Shown: positions 19,830 through 30,308, counted from the first letter of the stretch. The stretch is DNA of 64,000 nt from an uncultured Poribacteria bacterium (GCA_958296135.2 CATQHZ020000001.1:3840001-3904000), one strand, 5' to 3'. Notes: generated by a model from the letters alone, not told the origin. Made by a program: numbers and translations.

Positions 19830-20231
19830 CTACAGTTTGGCAATGAGTTGATTCAGCAACTCTTTGAGCTCGTCATATCTGCCTTTCAACCCATAAAACG
19901 CCTGCTTGAGTTCATCAATCTCGTCGGCCTGTCGGGCAACCTCTTTTCGGAGAAACTTATTTTCCTCTTTGAGTTCCTCATTCTCCGTCCGAAGGGTAGC
20001 GTAACGCCGGTCGGACGCGCTCTGGAATGCCTTAAACTCCTCTTTGAGGGCGTTGTGTTCCTCTCGAAGGGCGTTGTGTTCCTCTCGAAAAGCGTTGTAT
20101 GCCGCTTTGTGGGCTTCTTTCTGGGCTTCCAGCCGTTTGTCCGCCCATCTTTTCATTATCCAAAGCCCGATAAGACTGATGCTCAACACGCCGATGTCTA
20201 TGCCAGTCAGCGTTATCCAACTAAAACTCAT
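19830..20231 (-). CDS. Membrane-anchored coiled-coil protein
   Basis: N-terminal hydrophobic helix; heptads EEHNALR/EEHNALK encoded by a 21-bp repeat. Confidence 0.65.
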   Translation of the reverse strand: MSFSWITLTGIDIGVLSISLIGLWIMKRWADKRLEAQKEAHKAAYNAFREEHNALREEHNALKEEFKAFQSASDRRYATLRTENEELKEENKFLRKEVARQADEIDELKQAFYGLKGRYDELKELLNQLIAKL

Positions 20232-20297
20232 TTCAGTCTGCCTCTCTTTTTTATCAAACCGACACACGTCATCATTCGCCGCAGCGCTGCGCCGGTG

Positions 20298-20813
20298 CTA
20301 TATTGAAGTCTCCGAAGACAACTTTTCAAACGCCTCAATCCACGTTTTGCCTTCGGGTGTAAGTTCATAGTAGGTGTGGTTACGGTGCTTAATCCACTTC
20401 CCTTTGACGATATTTTTGCGGTAGTGAATGATGCGTCCTTCCACCCGCTTCAATCCCCCGAGTGCTCTTAACTTCCGGTGCCGACGATGCATCTCCTCTA
20501 GCGGAATTTGCAACGCCTCGGCAACAACGATGGAATAGTCCATGCCGAACTCTTGATGGTGCTTGAGAACAAAATAGTCAGTCTCATCAAGTTCGGCGAA
20601 TGCGGGGGCGAGTGATGCCTCTGGCGGAGTTTCGGCTGCCTGAATCTCCTGCCACGATACCTTCAGTAACCGCTCCGTTCGCAAACCTTGCACCGCGCCG
20701 CACTCGGAGTGATGGACGGTAATGGTTCCATCCTCTTTGAAATAGCCGATAACCGGGGCCTTCGGTTGCGGCGCGCAACATTTGGCGATTTTATAGGTGA
20801 GTTCAGTTCGCAT
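20298..20813 (-). CDS. RelA/SpoT zinc-finger (RIS)-like domain fused to DUF2250-like winged helix
   Basis: AKCCAPQP..VIGY....ITVHHSEC, then DYS...KHRNHTYYELTPEG. Confidence 0.7.
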   Translation of the reverse strand: MRTELTYKIAKCCAPQPKAPVIGYFKEDGTITVHHSECGAVQGLRTERLLKVSWQEIQAAETPPEASLAPAFAELDETDYFVLKHHQEFGMDYSIVVAEALQIPLEEMHRRHRKLRALGGLKRVEGRIIHYRKNIVKGKWIKHRNHTYYELTPEGKTWIEAFEKLSSETSI

Positions 20814-20846
20814 TTTTCTATAAGGTTGCCAGAGTGCATACTATTT

Positions 20847-21821
20847 TTAAAACCAGATTGCATCCCTACAAGCGGCGCGCTTTGGAAGCACGCGACGTAC
20901 CATCGGTTTGCGTTGCCGCAAGGCCTGCAACATGTTCTCGGCAATAGCGTGAACAACCGGAATCGCGACACTATTACCAATCTGCTTCCTCAGCTGCATC
21001 AAGCCACCCACGATGTGAAAATCTTCCGGGAAACCTTGCAAACGCAACAATTCCCGACCCGAGGGCCGCCGAACCCCGTTCACCAAAAGATAGTTATAGG
21101 ATGCTCCCGCCCTTAACGCACACGAGAAGGGGAGCACCGAAATGTTGCCGCCCTTGTTTTCATGCCAAATTGATGGATAAAACGGCTCACCCTTGCACTT
21201 CTCACGCCGAGAACTGCGGATATGTTCGGATGCAAAGAGACTCGGCGCAACGCGCGCATCGGACTCAAGGATTGCTGACAGCGGTTTGTAAGTCCCCGGG
21301 CCTCGCGGAAAATCAAACGCAATCGGCGCCCGGAAGCCGACGATAAAAATCCGCTCTCGTTTCTGCGGCAACCCGAAATCGAGGGCATTCAACACCGCGT
21401 GATAGGTGGTATAGCCCAATTGCGACAGGTGTTCCTGTATGATGGCGAACGTTCGCCCCTTGTCGTGAGTGCGCAATTGCTTCACGTTTTCAAGAAGGAA
21501 GGCATTCGGTTGCTTCCGTTTTAAGATACGCGCGATGTCAAAAAACAGCGTGCCGCGGGTGTCTTCAAACCCCTGTTTATCGCCGAGGATGCTGAACGGT
21601 TGACACGGAAATCCCGCCAATAAAATGTCGTGTGCAGGGATATCAGCCGCGTCAATTTGGGTAATATCGCCGGCAGGTGTTTCGCCGAAGTGCTGCGCGT
21701 AGGTTTTCTGCGCGGGTTCATCCCATTCAGAACTAAACACGCAGGTGCCGCCTAACTTATCAAAGGGGATACGCATCCCGCCAATTCCTGCAAAGAGATC
21801 GATGAAGGTGAAGTCGTTCAT
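20847..21821 (-). CDS. dcm: DNA (cytosine-5)-methyltransferase
   Basis: FAGIGG, GFPCQ, ENVK, QKRER, RLQGFP, GNSV motifs. Confidence 0.95.
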   Translation of the reverse strand: MNDFTFIDLFAGIGGMRIPFDKLGGTCVFSSEWDEPAQKTYAQHFGETPAGDITQIDAADIPAHDILLAGFPCQPFSILGDKQGFEDTRGTLFFDIARILKRKQPNAFLLENVKQLRTHDKGRTFAIIQEHLSQLGYTTYHAVLNALDFGLPQKRERIFIVGFRAPIAFDFPRGPGTYKPLSAILESDARVAPSLFASEHIRSSRREKCKGEPFYPSIWHENKGGNISVLPFSCALRAGASYNYLLVNGVRRPSGRELLRLQGFPEDFHIVGGLMQLRKQIGNSVAIPVVHAIAENMLQALRQRKPMVRRVLPKRAACRDAIWF

Positions 21822-21923
21822 ACTGTCACAAGCACCTTGTAGCGTCATGGAATTTTACCACAATGTTGGGGAGTCTGTCAAGAAAAAACGCGTGCCTCAT
21901 GGCTCATACACTTTTCAGGTGTT

Positions 21924-23204
21924 TCAATTTCGCCCTAACGCCCGATACCCGATGTCGCTGCGGACATGTGCATCGGCGAAATTGATGGCGGAAACGCCAC
22001 GGTAGGCTTGCTGAATCGCTGATTCCAGGCCCTCTGCAACCGCGGTGACTCCGAGCACGCGCCCTCCATCGGTTAGCACCTGTCCATTATCACGTTTTGT
22101 GCCGGCGTGAAAAACGGTGACTCCCTCAATCGCCGCCGCTTCTAGCAAACCGTGAATCACCTCCCCGGTCTCGTAAAGGTCTGGATACCCGCCGGAAGCC
22201 ATGACAACGCACGCTGCTGCGCCCGCGTGCCATTCGGGCTCAGCGTAACGGTTGAGCGTCCCATCAATACACGCAATAAGCATCGGAACTAAGTCACTTT
22301 TGAGGCGTGGCAAGAGAACCTGTGCCTCCGGATCTCCAAAGCGGCAGTTGAATTCCAACACCTTCGGACCGGCATCGGTTATCATCAAACCGACATATAA
22401 CACACCTTTAAAGGGACATCCGATAGCCGCCATGCCGTTAATCGTAGGATAAACGACGCGCTCCATCACGTAGGCGTGCAATTCGGGTGTAATCACCGGC
22501 GCGGGCGAATACGCGCCCATCCCGCCAGTATTCTTGCCGGTGTCCCCATCGTGGGACATCTTGTGGTCCTGCGAACTGACGAAAGGGACACATGTATGCC
22601 CATCGGTAAGAACGGTAAAAGATGCCTCTTCGCCGATGAGTTCCTCCTCAATGACGACGCTGTCGCCTGCCGCCCCGAACGCCTTGTCCACTAAAATGGT
22701 TTTCACCGCCTGCGTCGCTTCGGCGACGGTGCGCCCCGGAATAACGCCTTTGCCAGCGGCGAGGCCGTTCGCCTTGACAAAAACGGGGACATTGCGCGCT
22801 TTGATGTCCGCTATCGCTTGCGCTGCATCCACATACGTGCGGTACGCCGCCGTGGGAATGCCGTTTTTTATCAGCAACTGTTTGGCGAAATCTTTGCTTG
22901 CTTCAAGCTGCGCGGCGCGCTTATCCGGGCCGAACGCTTTCAGCCCGCGGGCGCGAAAGGCATCGACGATGCCAGCTGCTAAAGGCACCTCCGGCCCAAC
23001 GACGGTGAGAGCGATGCGTGCGGATTCTGCCCACGTTACGAGCTCGGCAAACTTGTTGTCCAACGGCAGCGCAAGGCACTCCGCTATCTCGGCGATGCCA
23101 GCATTGCCGGGGACACAATAAATTTTCTCGACGAGTGGGCTCTGCGCGATTTTCCAGACCAGCGTATGTTCCCGTCCTCCCTGTCCGATAACCAAAATGT
23201 TCAT
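21924..23204 (-). CDS. purD: Phosphoribosylamine--glycine ligase
   Basis: GQGGREH, GLAAGKGV, QDHK, NTGGMGAYSP, RFGDPE, GGRVL motifs. Confidence 0.98.
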   Translation of the reverse strand: MNILVIGQGGREHTLVWKIAQSPLVEKIYCVPGNAGIAEIAECLALPLDNKFAELVTWAESARIALTVVGPEVPLAAGIVDAFRARGLKAFGPDKRAAQLEASKDFAKQLLIKNGIPTAAYRTYVDAAQAIADIKARNVPVFVKANGLAAGKGVIPGRTVAEATQAVKTILVDKAFGAAGDSVVIEEELIGEEASFTVLTDGHTCVPFVSSQDHKMSHDGDTGKNTGGMGAYSPAPVITPELHAYVMERVVYPTINGMAAIGCPFKGVLYVGLMITDAGPKVLEFNCRFGDPEAQVLLPRLKSDLVPMLIACIDGTLNRYAEPEWHAGAAACVVMASGGYPDLYETGEVIHGLLEAAAIEGVTVFHAGTKRDNGQVLTDGGRVLGVTAVAEGLESAIQQAYRGVSAINFADAHVRSDIGYRALGRN

Positions 23205-23327
23205 GTTTTTTATCCTAAGAAAATCCTTTTTAAGAATATGATACCATGATGTTTTGAGAAAAATCAAGGAAATTAATTTGAAAAATCGTTGTAGGTATGT
23301 TAAACTGAATGCAGGAGGTTTTGAACA

Positions 23328-23984
23328 ATGTGCACGTATACATTCTCGCAATTATCGGAAGAGACGCTGAAAAGCCTCGTGACATTGGAGGGGAAATACG
23401 TTGCTGCAGCAGAATGGGATAAAATGCGGATAGCCCTCACCGATAACGAACTCAAACGGCTTGAAACTCTCACATCGACATTGCGCGGGCGCCATCTATT
23501 CGTCATGAACGAATCGACCTTGTGGGCGCGTGCAATTTATCCGATGCTAGTGCTCGCTGAACAGGGGTATGTCCAAGCGTGGAGCGGTGTGCCACTAAAA
23601 GCCGCCTATGCCGCGTTTGGACTTGAAGGTGAGGCTGATGGCGCGCTCGCGCCCTCCCTCGGCGGAAGAATTCAACCGCCTTATCTCATTGTGCATGAAG
23701 CGAAACGCGGGCTGAACGCGCCAGACCCGCTGTATCAACTCACCGGCGAAATGCTCGCCGCCGCATGGCTCAATTGGAAGCAAGACTCCAACCCCGAACA
23801 AGAAATCTTCGGATGCTACACCGTCACTGACACTTGGGCATTCGTCCGCGGGATTATCAGCGACATTGACACCGAAAAACCGACGTTCACTCTTGAATTT
23901 TCACCAGACTACAACGGCATCTCGGACGCGGAACACATCGTCCAACTGCTGAAATTTATCGTCGCAAAGCAAATCGCAGTATAA
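23328..23984 (+). CDS. Hypothetical protein, probable PD-(D/E)xK restriction-endonuclease-like fold
   Basis: RBS GGAGG; GEADG...HEAKR pattern; QLTGEMLAA helix. Confidence 0.7.
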   Translation: MCTYTFSQLSEETLKSLVTLEGKYVAAAEWDKMRIALTDNELKRLETLTSTLRGRHLFVMNESTLWARAIYPMLVLAEQGYVQAWSGVPLKAAYAAFGLEGEADGALAPSLGGRIQPPYLIVHEAKRGLNAPDPLYQLTGEMLAAAWLNWKQDSNPEQEIFGCYTVTDTWAFVRGIISDIDTEKPTFTLEFSPDYNGISDAEHIVQLLKFIVAKQIAV

Positions 23985-23996
23985 CAGGAGAAACTC

Positions 23997-26057
23997 ATGA
24001 TTACCACCCTCGCTGGACATCACCATGAACTCACCGCTGTTTTTGCCGATGCACGGCAACGCGTCACTGACGCACGCGGCGGAACTCCCCGCGACTTGAA
24101 CACGCCCTACATTTTTCCGAACTACACGAAAACTGAATGGGAAACACGGGCAGAAGCCTTACGGCAACAGATTCGCGTCGCAACAGGCTTAATCCCGACA
24201 TCGGAACCAACACCCCTGAACGCCAACGTTTTCGGAAAAGTTGAACGCGAAGATTACACCGTGGAAAAGGTCTGGTTTGAACCGTTGCCCGGTTTCTTCA
24301 CGACTGGCAACCTCTATCGGCCCAAAGGCAAACCGGGGCCGTTTCCCGGCATTATCAGTCCGCACGGGCATTGGGCGCGCGGACGCATTGAGGACATCAA
24401 GCGCGGTTCGATTCCGGCGCGCTGTATCAACTTCGCAAAACAGGGATACGTTGTCTTCGCCTACGATATGCTCGGTTACAACGACAGCGGCAAGCAGATC
24501 GAACACCGCTACGGTGGGGCCCGGGAAAGTTTGTGGGGGTTAAGCGCGATGGGGCTGCAACTCTTAAACGGCATCCGCGCCATCGATTTCTTACAAAGTC
24601 TCCCGAATGTAGACAATGAACGTATCGGATGCACAGGCGCATCGGGCGGCGGAACGCAAACCTTTATCTTAACAGCCGTTGATGAACGCATCAAGGTATC
24701 CGCACCAGTCAACATGATTTCTGGGACGATGCAGGGCGGCTGCCTCTGTGAAAACGCCCCGAATCTGCGGCTGGATGTCAGCAACATTGAGATAGGCGCG
24801 TTGATGGCACCGCGCCCACTCCTGATTGTATCGGCGACGGGAGACTGGACGGTAAGCACACCGACGGTTGAATACCCCGCCATCCAAAGCATCTATGCGC
24901 ACTTTAACGCCGAAGAACGGGTGCATCACGTGCAGGTAGACGCGGAGCATAACTATAACCGCGAAAGCCGTGAGGCGGTGTACGCCTGGTTCGCAAAGTG
25001 GCTACTCAATGCGGATAAACCGGAAACAGTCAAAGAGGTGGCGTATCAGGTGGAACCTGACGACGCGTTGCTGGTTTTCTCCGAGTGCGAGATGCCAGCA
25101 CACGCGCTGAAACAGGAAGAATTTCTGCCAACATGGGTGAATCGCGCGAAGAAAGCACTCGAAAACCGCAAACCGAAGAATCCAGCCGAACTTGAGACGT
25201 TCCGCGCTGAGATGGGAAGCGTCCTACAACACGCGCTCGGCCTCCAGCTCCCGCAAAGCGAGGATATCACGTTCGGGGAACCTGAGGGCGCGTTCCCGAC
25301 AACCTATCGCCGGCACTATTCTGTCCAACACCTCGTCATCGGCAGAAAGGGGGTAGGCGATGCCATTCCCGCTATTTTGGTTAACCCGAACCCGCCGGTA
25401 GAATGCTGTCCCTTAACCCTCGTCGTTCACGCCGAAGGTAAGGCGCAGTTTGTAGACGAGACGGTGGAAATCGCGGCCCGCTCGCTGTTAGCAGGTTCGC
25501 GTACCACCTCTGACTCGAGTATCCTCACCGAGCTGCTCACTTTGAACCACAAACTGCTCCTCATTGATGTCTTCGGAACAGGAGAACACAACGACTATCA
25601 GCGAGCGGAGGATACCACTTACTTCACCACCTACAATCGGACAACGGCGGCGTTGCGCATCCAAGACATTGTGACAGCACTCCGCTGTTTTGCAAACCGA
25701 GATGAGGTTTCAGAGGTGAATCTCATCGGGTTCGGCGAAGCTGGGTTGTGGGCAATGCTCGCTGCCGGCTTCACCGATGTCGCAAACGTTGTCGTGGACA
25801 CAGCACAATTTGATAACAACATGGACGTTGTCTGTTTAGAGTCCTTGCCGATACCGAGTCTCCGTCAAGCTGGGGATTTTCGGACAGCAGGAACGCTCAT
25901 CGCACCACGTCCCCTGACGCTCTATAACACCGGGGAGGTATTTGATACGAGGTGGATTACGGATGTTTATCGGAACCTCGGCGCATCGCATCAGCTGCAT
26001 GTGGAAAAAGAAATGTTGTCTGAGCGGGAAGTCTTCGCGAGATTGATAGGAGAATAG
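23997..26057 (+). CDS. Acetylxylan esterase-like alpha/beta hydrolase
   Basis: PHGH, GASGGG nucleophile elbow, GGCLCE, HNYN; second degenerate hydrolase domain. Confidence 0.85.
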   Translation: MITTLAGHHHELTAVFADARQRVTDARGGTPRDLNTPYIFPNYTKTEWETRAEALRQQIRVATGLIPTSEPTPLNANVFGKVEREDYTVEKVWFEPLPGFFTTGNLYRPKGKPGPFPGIISPHGHWARGRIEDIKRGSIPARCINFAKQGYVVFAYDMLGYNDSGKQIEHRYGGARESLWGLSAMGLQLLNGIRAIDFLQSLPNVDNERIGCTGASGGGTQTFILTAVDERIKVSAPVNMISGTMQGGCLCENAPNLRLDVSNIEIGALMAPRPLLIVSATGDWTVSTPTVEYPAIQSIYAHFNAEERVHHVQVDAEHNYNRESREAVYAWFAKWLLNADKPETVKEVAYQVEPDDALLVFSECEMPAHALKQEEFLPTWVNRAKKALENRKPKNPAELETFRAEMGSVLQHALGLQLPQSEDITFGEPEGAFPTTYRRHYSVQHLVIGRKGVGDAIPAILVNPNPPVECCPLTLVVHAEGKAQFVDETVEIAARSLLAGSRTTSDSSILTELLTLNHKLLLIDVFGTGEHNDYQRAEDTTYFTTYNRTTAALRIQDIVTALRCFANRDEVSEVNLIGFGEAGLWAMLAAGFTDVANVVVDTAQFDNNMDVVCLESLPIPSLRQAGDFRTAGTLIAPRPLTLYNTGEVFDTRWITDVYRNLGASHQLHVEKEMLSEREVFARLIGE

Positions 26058-26139
26058 ATGGGGGTAAGTGCGGATATGAAAATATCCGCACTTACCGTCG
26101 AAGGGGCGCGCTTGCAACGCGCGCCTCCCAGAAATTAGC

Positions 26140-27519
26140 CTACGCTTGTAGGTTGTAACCACGCTCGTTGTGCTGAGAGAGGTCCAACCCCATGCGTTCA
26201 TCATCTGTCTCCACGCGTAAACCGATGGTGGCATCCAAGATTTTGAGCGTGATGAACGAAATCACCCCACTCCACACCACCGTGATGACGATGCTGATGA
26301 ACTGCGCCCACACTTGCGCCCCGATGTTCATGCCTTCTGCCAACCCAACGCCACCGAGTGATTTCGCGGCGAAAACGCCTGTCAGGAGAGCACCCACAAT
26401 GCCGCCGATACCGTGCACGCCGAAAGCGTCCAACGAATCGTCGTAACCGAGTTGTCTTTTTAGACTGGTGGCACCCCAGAAACAGACGATACCGGAGACG
26501 AACCCTATCACCAGCGCGCCCATCGGCCCGACAGAACCAGAGGCAGGCGTAATGGCGACTAACCCCGCGACAGCCCCGGTCGCGATGCCCAGAGTGCCAG
26601 GTCTGCCGTGCCGCACCCACTCCACAAACATCCAGGTAATCGCAGCGGTTGCAGTGGATATCTGCGTGACGAGCATCGCCATGCCAGCAGAACCGTCTGC
26701 TGCGACAGCACTTCCAGCATTGAAACCGAACCAGCCTACCCAGAGCATTGATGCACCGATGACGGTGAGCGGCAAACTGTGCGGCTGCATCGCTGTCATC
26801 GGGTAACCGAGTCGTTTTCCGACTAAGATTGCAGCGATTAAAGCGGCAACGCCAGCATTAATATGCACGACAGTCCCACCAGCGAAATCGATAACTCCGA
26901 GCGTGTGAAACAGGGCTCCCTCGCCAGCCCAGGCCATGTGGCAGATAGGCGTGTAGGCAACTACCGCCCAGACTGCCGAGAAAATGAGCATCGCTGAGAA
27001 TTTTATCCGCTCAGCGAAAGCACCAACAATAAGCGCAGGCGTGATAATCGCAAACGTCAATTGGAAGGTGATAAAGACGGTTTCAGGGATAGTCCCACTG
27101 AGACTCTCCACACCGACACCCCGCAAAAACATCGTTCCAAGCCCACCGATAAAGGAATTGAGGTTGGTTTCCCCTGCGGCCATACCAGCGGTATTGAAAG
27201 CCAAACTATAGCCACAGATAACCCATAAAACGGTGATGAGCCCTGTCAACGCGAAGCACTGCATGAGCACCGATAGCACGTTTTGGACGCGCACTAACCC
27301 GCCATAGAAGAGCGCGAGCCCGGGGATAGTCATAAATAGGACGAGGGCCGTGGCCGTGATAAGCCAAGCGGTGTCCCCGGAATCGAGGGCATTCGATTCT
27401 TGTGCCAGTGCAAAACCTGGCACGCCGCAAATCAATAACACGACAAGTATGGGCAGGACGCGCCCCCTCAAAAGCGTGCTATGTTTCTTGATACATCGTG
27501 ATGAACAGCGTTGTTGCAT
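26140..27519 (-). CDS. amtB: Ammonium transporter AmtB
   Basis: PGLALFYGG, DFAGGTVVH, GWFGFN, DAFGVHG motifs. Confidence 0.97.
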   Translation of the reverse strand: MQQRCSSRCIKKHSTLLRGRVLPILVVLLICGVPGFALAQESNALDSGDTAWLITATALVLFMTIPGLALFYGGLVRVQNVLSVLMQCFALTGLITVLWVICGYSLAFNTAGMAAGETNLNSFIGGLGTMFLRGVGVESLSGTIPETVFITFQLTFAIITPALIVGAFAERIKFSAMLIFSAVWAVVAYTPICHMAWAGEGALFHTLGVIDFAGGTVVHINAGVAALIAAILVGKRLGYPMTAMQPHSLPLTVIGASMLWVGWFGFNAGSAVAADGSAGMAMLVTQISTATAAITWMFVEWVRHGRPGTLGIATGAVAGLVAITPASGSVGPMGALVIGFVSGIVCFWGATSLKRQLGYDDSLDAFGVHGIGGIVGALLTGVFAAKSLGGVGLAEGMNIGAQVWAQFISIVITVVWSGVISFITLKILDATIGLRVETDDERMGLDLSQHNERGYNLQA

Positions 27520-27637
27520 CCGAATCCTCCGTAAGCATTAATTGCTTTGTTGTTTTTAGCAGGCGGACAGCTTTGTCCGCCCATTCTCTGTGTGTAGGGA
27601 CGAATATGCGAAGTCCGTCCAATTATTGCTAGGGACT

Positions 27638-27666
27638 ATTATAGCAAAAATCAAAAATTGTGTCAA
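27638..27666 (-). promoter_or_regulatory. Sigma70 promoter for amtB
   Basis: TTGACA-17 bp-TATAAT on minus strand. Confidence 0.8.
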
Positions 27667-27887
27667 CTATTTTTTTCCAACAGTGCTATTGAGTTTTCTG
27701 TTTTTGTAGGACGAAGCCTTGTTATTGGGGTGAGCGAGCGCGGGGGCCTGTCCCCCGCGCTACGGGCAAACGGAGGCGTAACGAAAAAGAGCGGGGAGCA
27801 GCTGCTCCCCACTCTTCAGTTCGCGCAGCACAATGATGGATGTCCATGTCCACCCAGGCACGGCGCGTGAGACAGATTTCGGAAAGT

Positions 27888-29255
27888 TTAACGGAGTGCA
27901 GAGACGTTGAAGTCCGGATAGGCATTTGCACCGTGCTCTTCAAAGTCAAGTCCGCGCATCTCTTCTTCCTCGCTGACGCGCAAGCCAGTGGCAGCTTTGA
28001 TGCCGTAGAACAGCGCGAAGCCGGTAATTAGACACCATCCGAGAACGGCGATGACTCCGACAAACTGTACCCAGAGGAAGCCAAAGGCGGCCCCTTTATC
28101 GGCGGCGAAGAAAACACCGTCTGTTTTGTGGAAGAATCCGAGGAGGAGCGTGCCTAACGCACCACACACGCCATGCACGGAGATGGCACCAACCGGGTCA
28201 TCGATGTGGAGGCGTTCAAGCAATAGCACGCTCAGCACCACGACGATACCGCCGAGTAAACCGATAATTACGGCAGAGGCCGGGGTAACGAACGCACAAG
28301 GTGCCGTAATTGCTACGAGTCCGGCGAGCGCGCCGTTGAGGGCCATACCTGCATCCGGTTTACCAAGGATAATCCACGCGGTAATCATTGAGGCAATAGC
28401 CCCCGCTGCAGCGGCGATGTTCGTGGTTACCGCGATGAGGGAAATGTCCGCTGCGTCTGCACCCATCTGGCTGCCGGGGTTAAAACCGAACCACCCAAGC
28501 CACAGAATAAAGACACCGAGCGCGGCAAGCGGAAGATTGTGCCCGGCAATCGGCCGAGGGTTACCCTCGCCATCGTATTTGCCGATGCGGGGCCCTAAGA
28601 CGATAGCACCCGTCAATGCCAACCATCCCCCTGTCGAATGGACAACCGTTGAACCGGCGAAGTCAAGCATCCCCAAGCTTGATAACCACCCGCCGCCCCA
28701 AATCCAGTGCCCGACGATGGGATAGATAATGCCGGTGATGAAAAGGCTATAAATCAAGTAACTTTTGAACTGCGTGCGTTCCGCCATCGCGCCGGATACG
28801 ATGGTAGCTGCCGTCGCAGCGAAAACGAGCTGGAAGAGCCACGCCGCATACGTCGGAACCGAACTCCACTCCAGTGAACCGAACGCGTTAGAATCTGCCG
28901 GGACGAACCAGCCGCTTGTGCCCATAAAGGCGTTCCCCGCACCAAACATAAGCGCAAACCCAATCGCCCAGTAGGCGATGGAGCCCATGGAGAAGTCCAT
29001 GAGGTTCTTCATGAGGATGTTCACGGCGTTCTTGGCGCGAGTAAACCCGGATTCAACCATGGCGAAACCCGCCTGCATAAAGAAGACGAGGAATGCAGCA
29101 ACCAGCACCCATAGCGTATCCGCCATATACTTCGCATCTGAGACTTTCTCGCCTTCAACAGCCCCATTGAGGGCGAAGGCGTTCGCGCTCAGAAGACAGA
29201 CGAGAGCCAGCATTATAACGATGCCCTGATAGAAACTTCGAGGAATCTTTTTCAT
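27888..29255 (-). CDS. amt: Ammonium transporter (Amt1-type)
   Basis: FFMQAGFAMVE, SGAMAER, DFAGSTVVH, GAISVHG motifs; RBS AAGGAG before 29255. Confidence 0.96.
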   Translation of the reverse strand: MKKIPRSFYQGIVIMLALVCLLSANAFALNGAVEGEKVSDAKYMADTLWVLVAAFLVFFMQAGFAMVESGFTRAKNAVNILMKNLMDFSMGSIAYWAIGFALMFGAGNAFMGTSGWFVPADSNAFGSLEWSSVPTYAAWLFQLVFAATAATIVSGAMAERTQFKSYLIYSLFITGIIYPIVGHWIWGGGWLSSLGMLDFAGSTVVHSTGGWLALTGAIVLGPRIGKYDGEGNPRPIAGHNLPLAALGVFILWLGWFGFNPGSQMGADAADISLIAVTTNIAAAAGAIASMITAWIILGKPDAGMALNGALAGLVAITAPCAFVTPASAVIIGLLGGIVVVLSVLLLERLHIDDPVGAISVHGVCGALGTLLLGFFHKTDGVFFAADKGAAFGFLWVQFVGVIAVLGWCLITGFALFYGIKAATGLRVSEEEEMRGLDFEEHGANAYPDFNVSALR

Positions 29256-29406
29256 GTCAAATATCTCCTTTGTCTTGAAAGCGTGCTCTCGACGTTGAGA
29301 GCCGCTTCTCACACCAAATTAACCTCAGCAAGACAAATCAACCTAAGTCGTGCCCTTGCCTCAACAGCGAATCGAACTGGATTCGCTGTTATTTCTACAA
29401 GGCTTG

Positions 29407-30126
29407 CTACCACGAGCGGACGAACGTCATGCGCCCAGTCAGCCCGGTATCCTCGTCCTCTTTTTGGGTTTCAAACCCAACGAAAAGCCCCAAGGTGTTG
29501 TTTTCGCCGTAGCCGAGGTTAAGGCGGCCGCCAGCGACAAGGCTACCGAGCCCGCCGTCATCGCCTAAATCAAGCGTTACTTCAACTTGCGGGCCGACAG
29601 CGACGGTGTCGTTAATAGCATAAAGAATGAAATCGCGCGTATACAGCGCATCTCCCGCATCCTCATCAAACGGAGAATTGAAGAATCCTTGAATCCACGA
29701 TTCAAAATAGATGGAACCGGCGGTGAGATACGTAAACAGCTGCGGAGCAATCAGCGAAGAAGGCCCATTCGGCGCAGTATAATCAAAACCGATGCCTACC
29801 ATCGGGAGGAAACTCAGCGACAGCGCATCGCTGTCAACAACAGGAATACCGAGGCCGATGTCGAATTCACCGAAGGTATCCACGACGTAAATATCGCTAT
29901 CCAGCGAGATACTGCCGAGGGAGTGACTGGCACCAAACCAGTACTGCGTACCCAAGCCGTCCGTATCTATTCGGAACCACCCAGAGGTACTGGATTCTTC
30001 CGCTTCTTCCATCTCCATTTCTTCCCCCATTTCGTGCTCTTCCGCGTAGACTGAGGGGACGCTAGCAACTGCCAACATGCACGCGATTGCCAACAATCGG
30101 GTTAACCAAAACGCTTTACTTCTCAT
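29407..30126 (-). CDS. Putative small outer-membrane beta-barrel protein
   Basis: Signal peptide, acidic linker, alternating-hydrophobic strands, C-terminal TFVRSW; paralog of 33523-34257. Confidence 0.7.
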   Translation of the reverse strand: MRSKAFWLTRLLAIACMLAVASVPSVYAEEHEMGEEMEMEEAEESSTSGWFRIDTDGLGTQYWFGASHSLGSISLDSDIYVVDTFGEFDIGLGIPVVDSDALSLSFLPMVGIGFDYTAPNGPSSLIAPQLFTYLTAGSIYFESWIQGFFNSPFDEDAGDALYTRDFILYAINDTVAVGPQVEVTLDLGDDGGLGSLVAGGRLNLGYGENNTLGLFVGFETQKEDEDTGLTGRMTFVRSW

Positions 30127-30308
30127 GAAAGAAAATCTCCTTTTAGCAGGGCGGAGGGACTATCCCATGCCCAACAATTTTGTAAAAAAGCGCGCCGATG
30201 CGCGTCACATACCAAATTCACCGCTACCGGATTTGTCTTGATACCGGCATCAATTTGTGATATATTTCAATATGAGCGGCACTAATATAGCACCTATCTT
30301 TCACTTAA

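Noticed and set aside
30130-30300. Known riboswitch (e.g. glutamine) in the barrel-amt leader
   Set aside because: No recognisable consensus by eye; only a weak hairpin. An Rfam scan would be needed.
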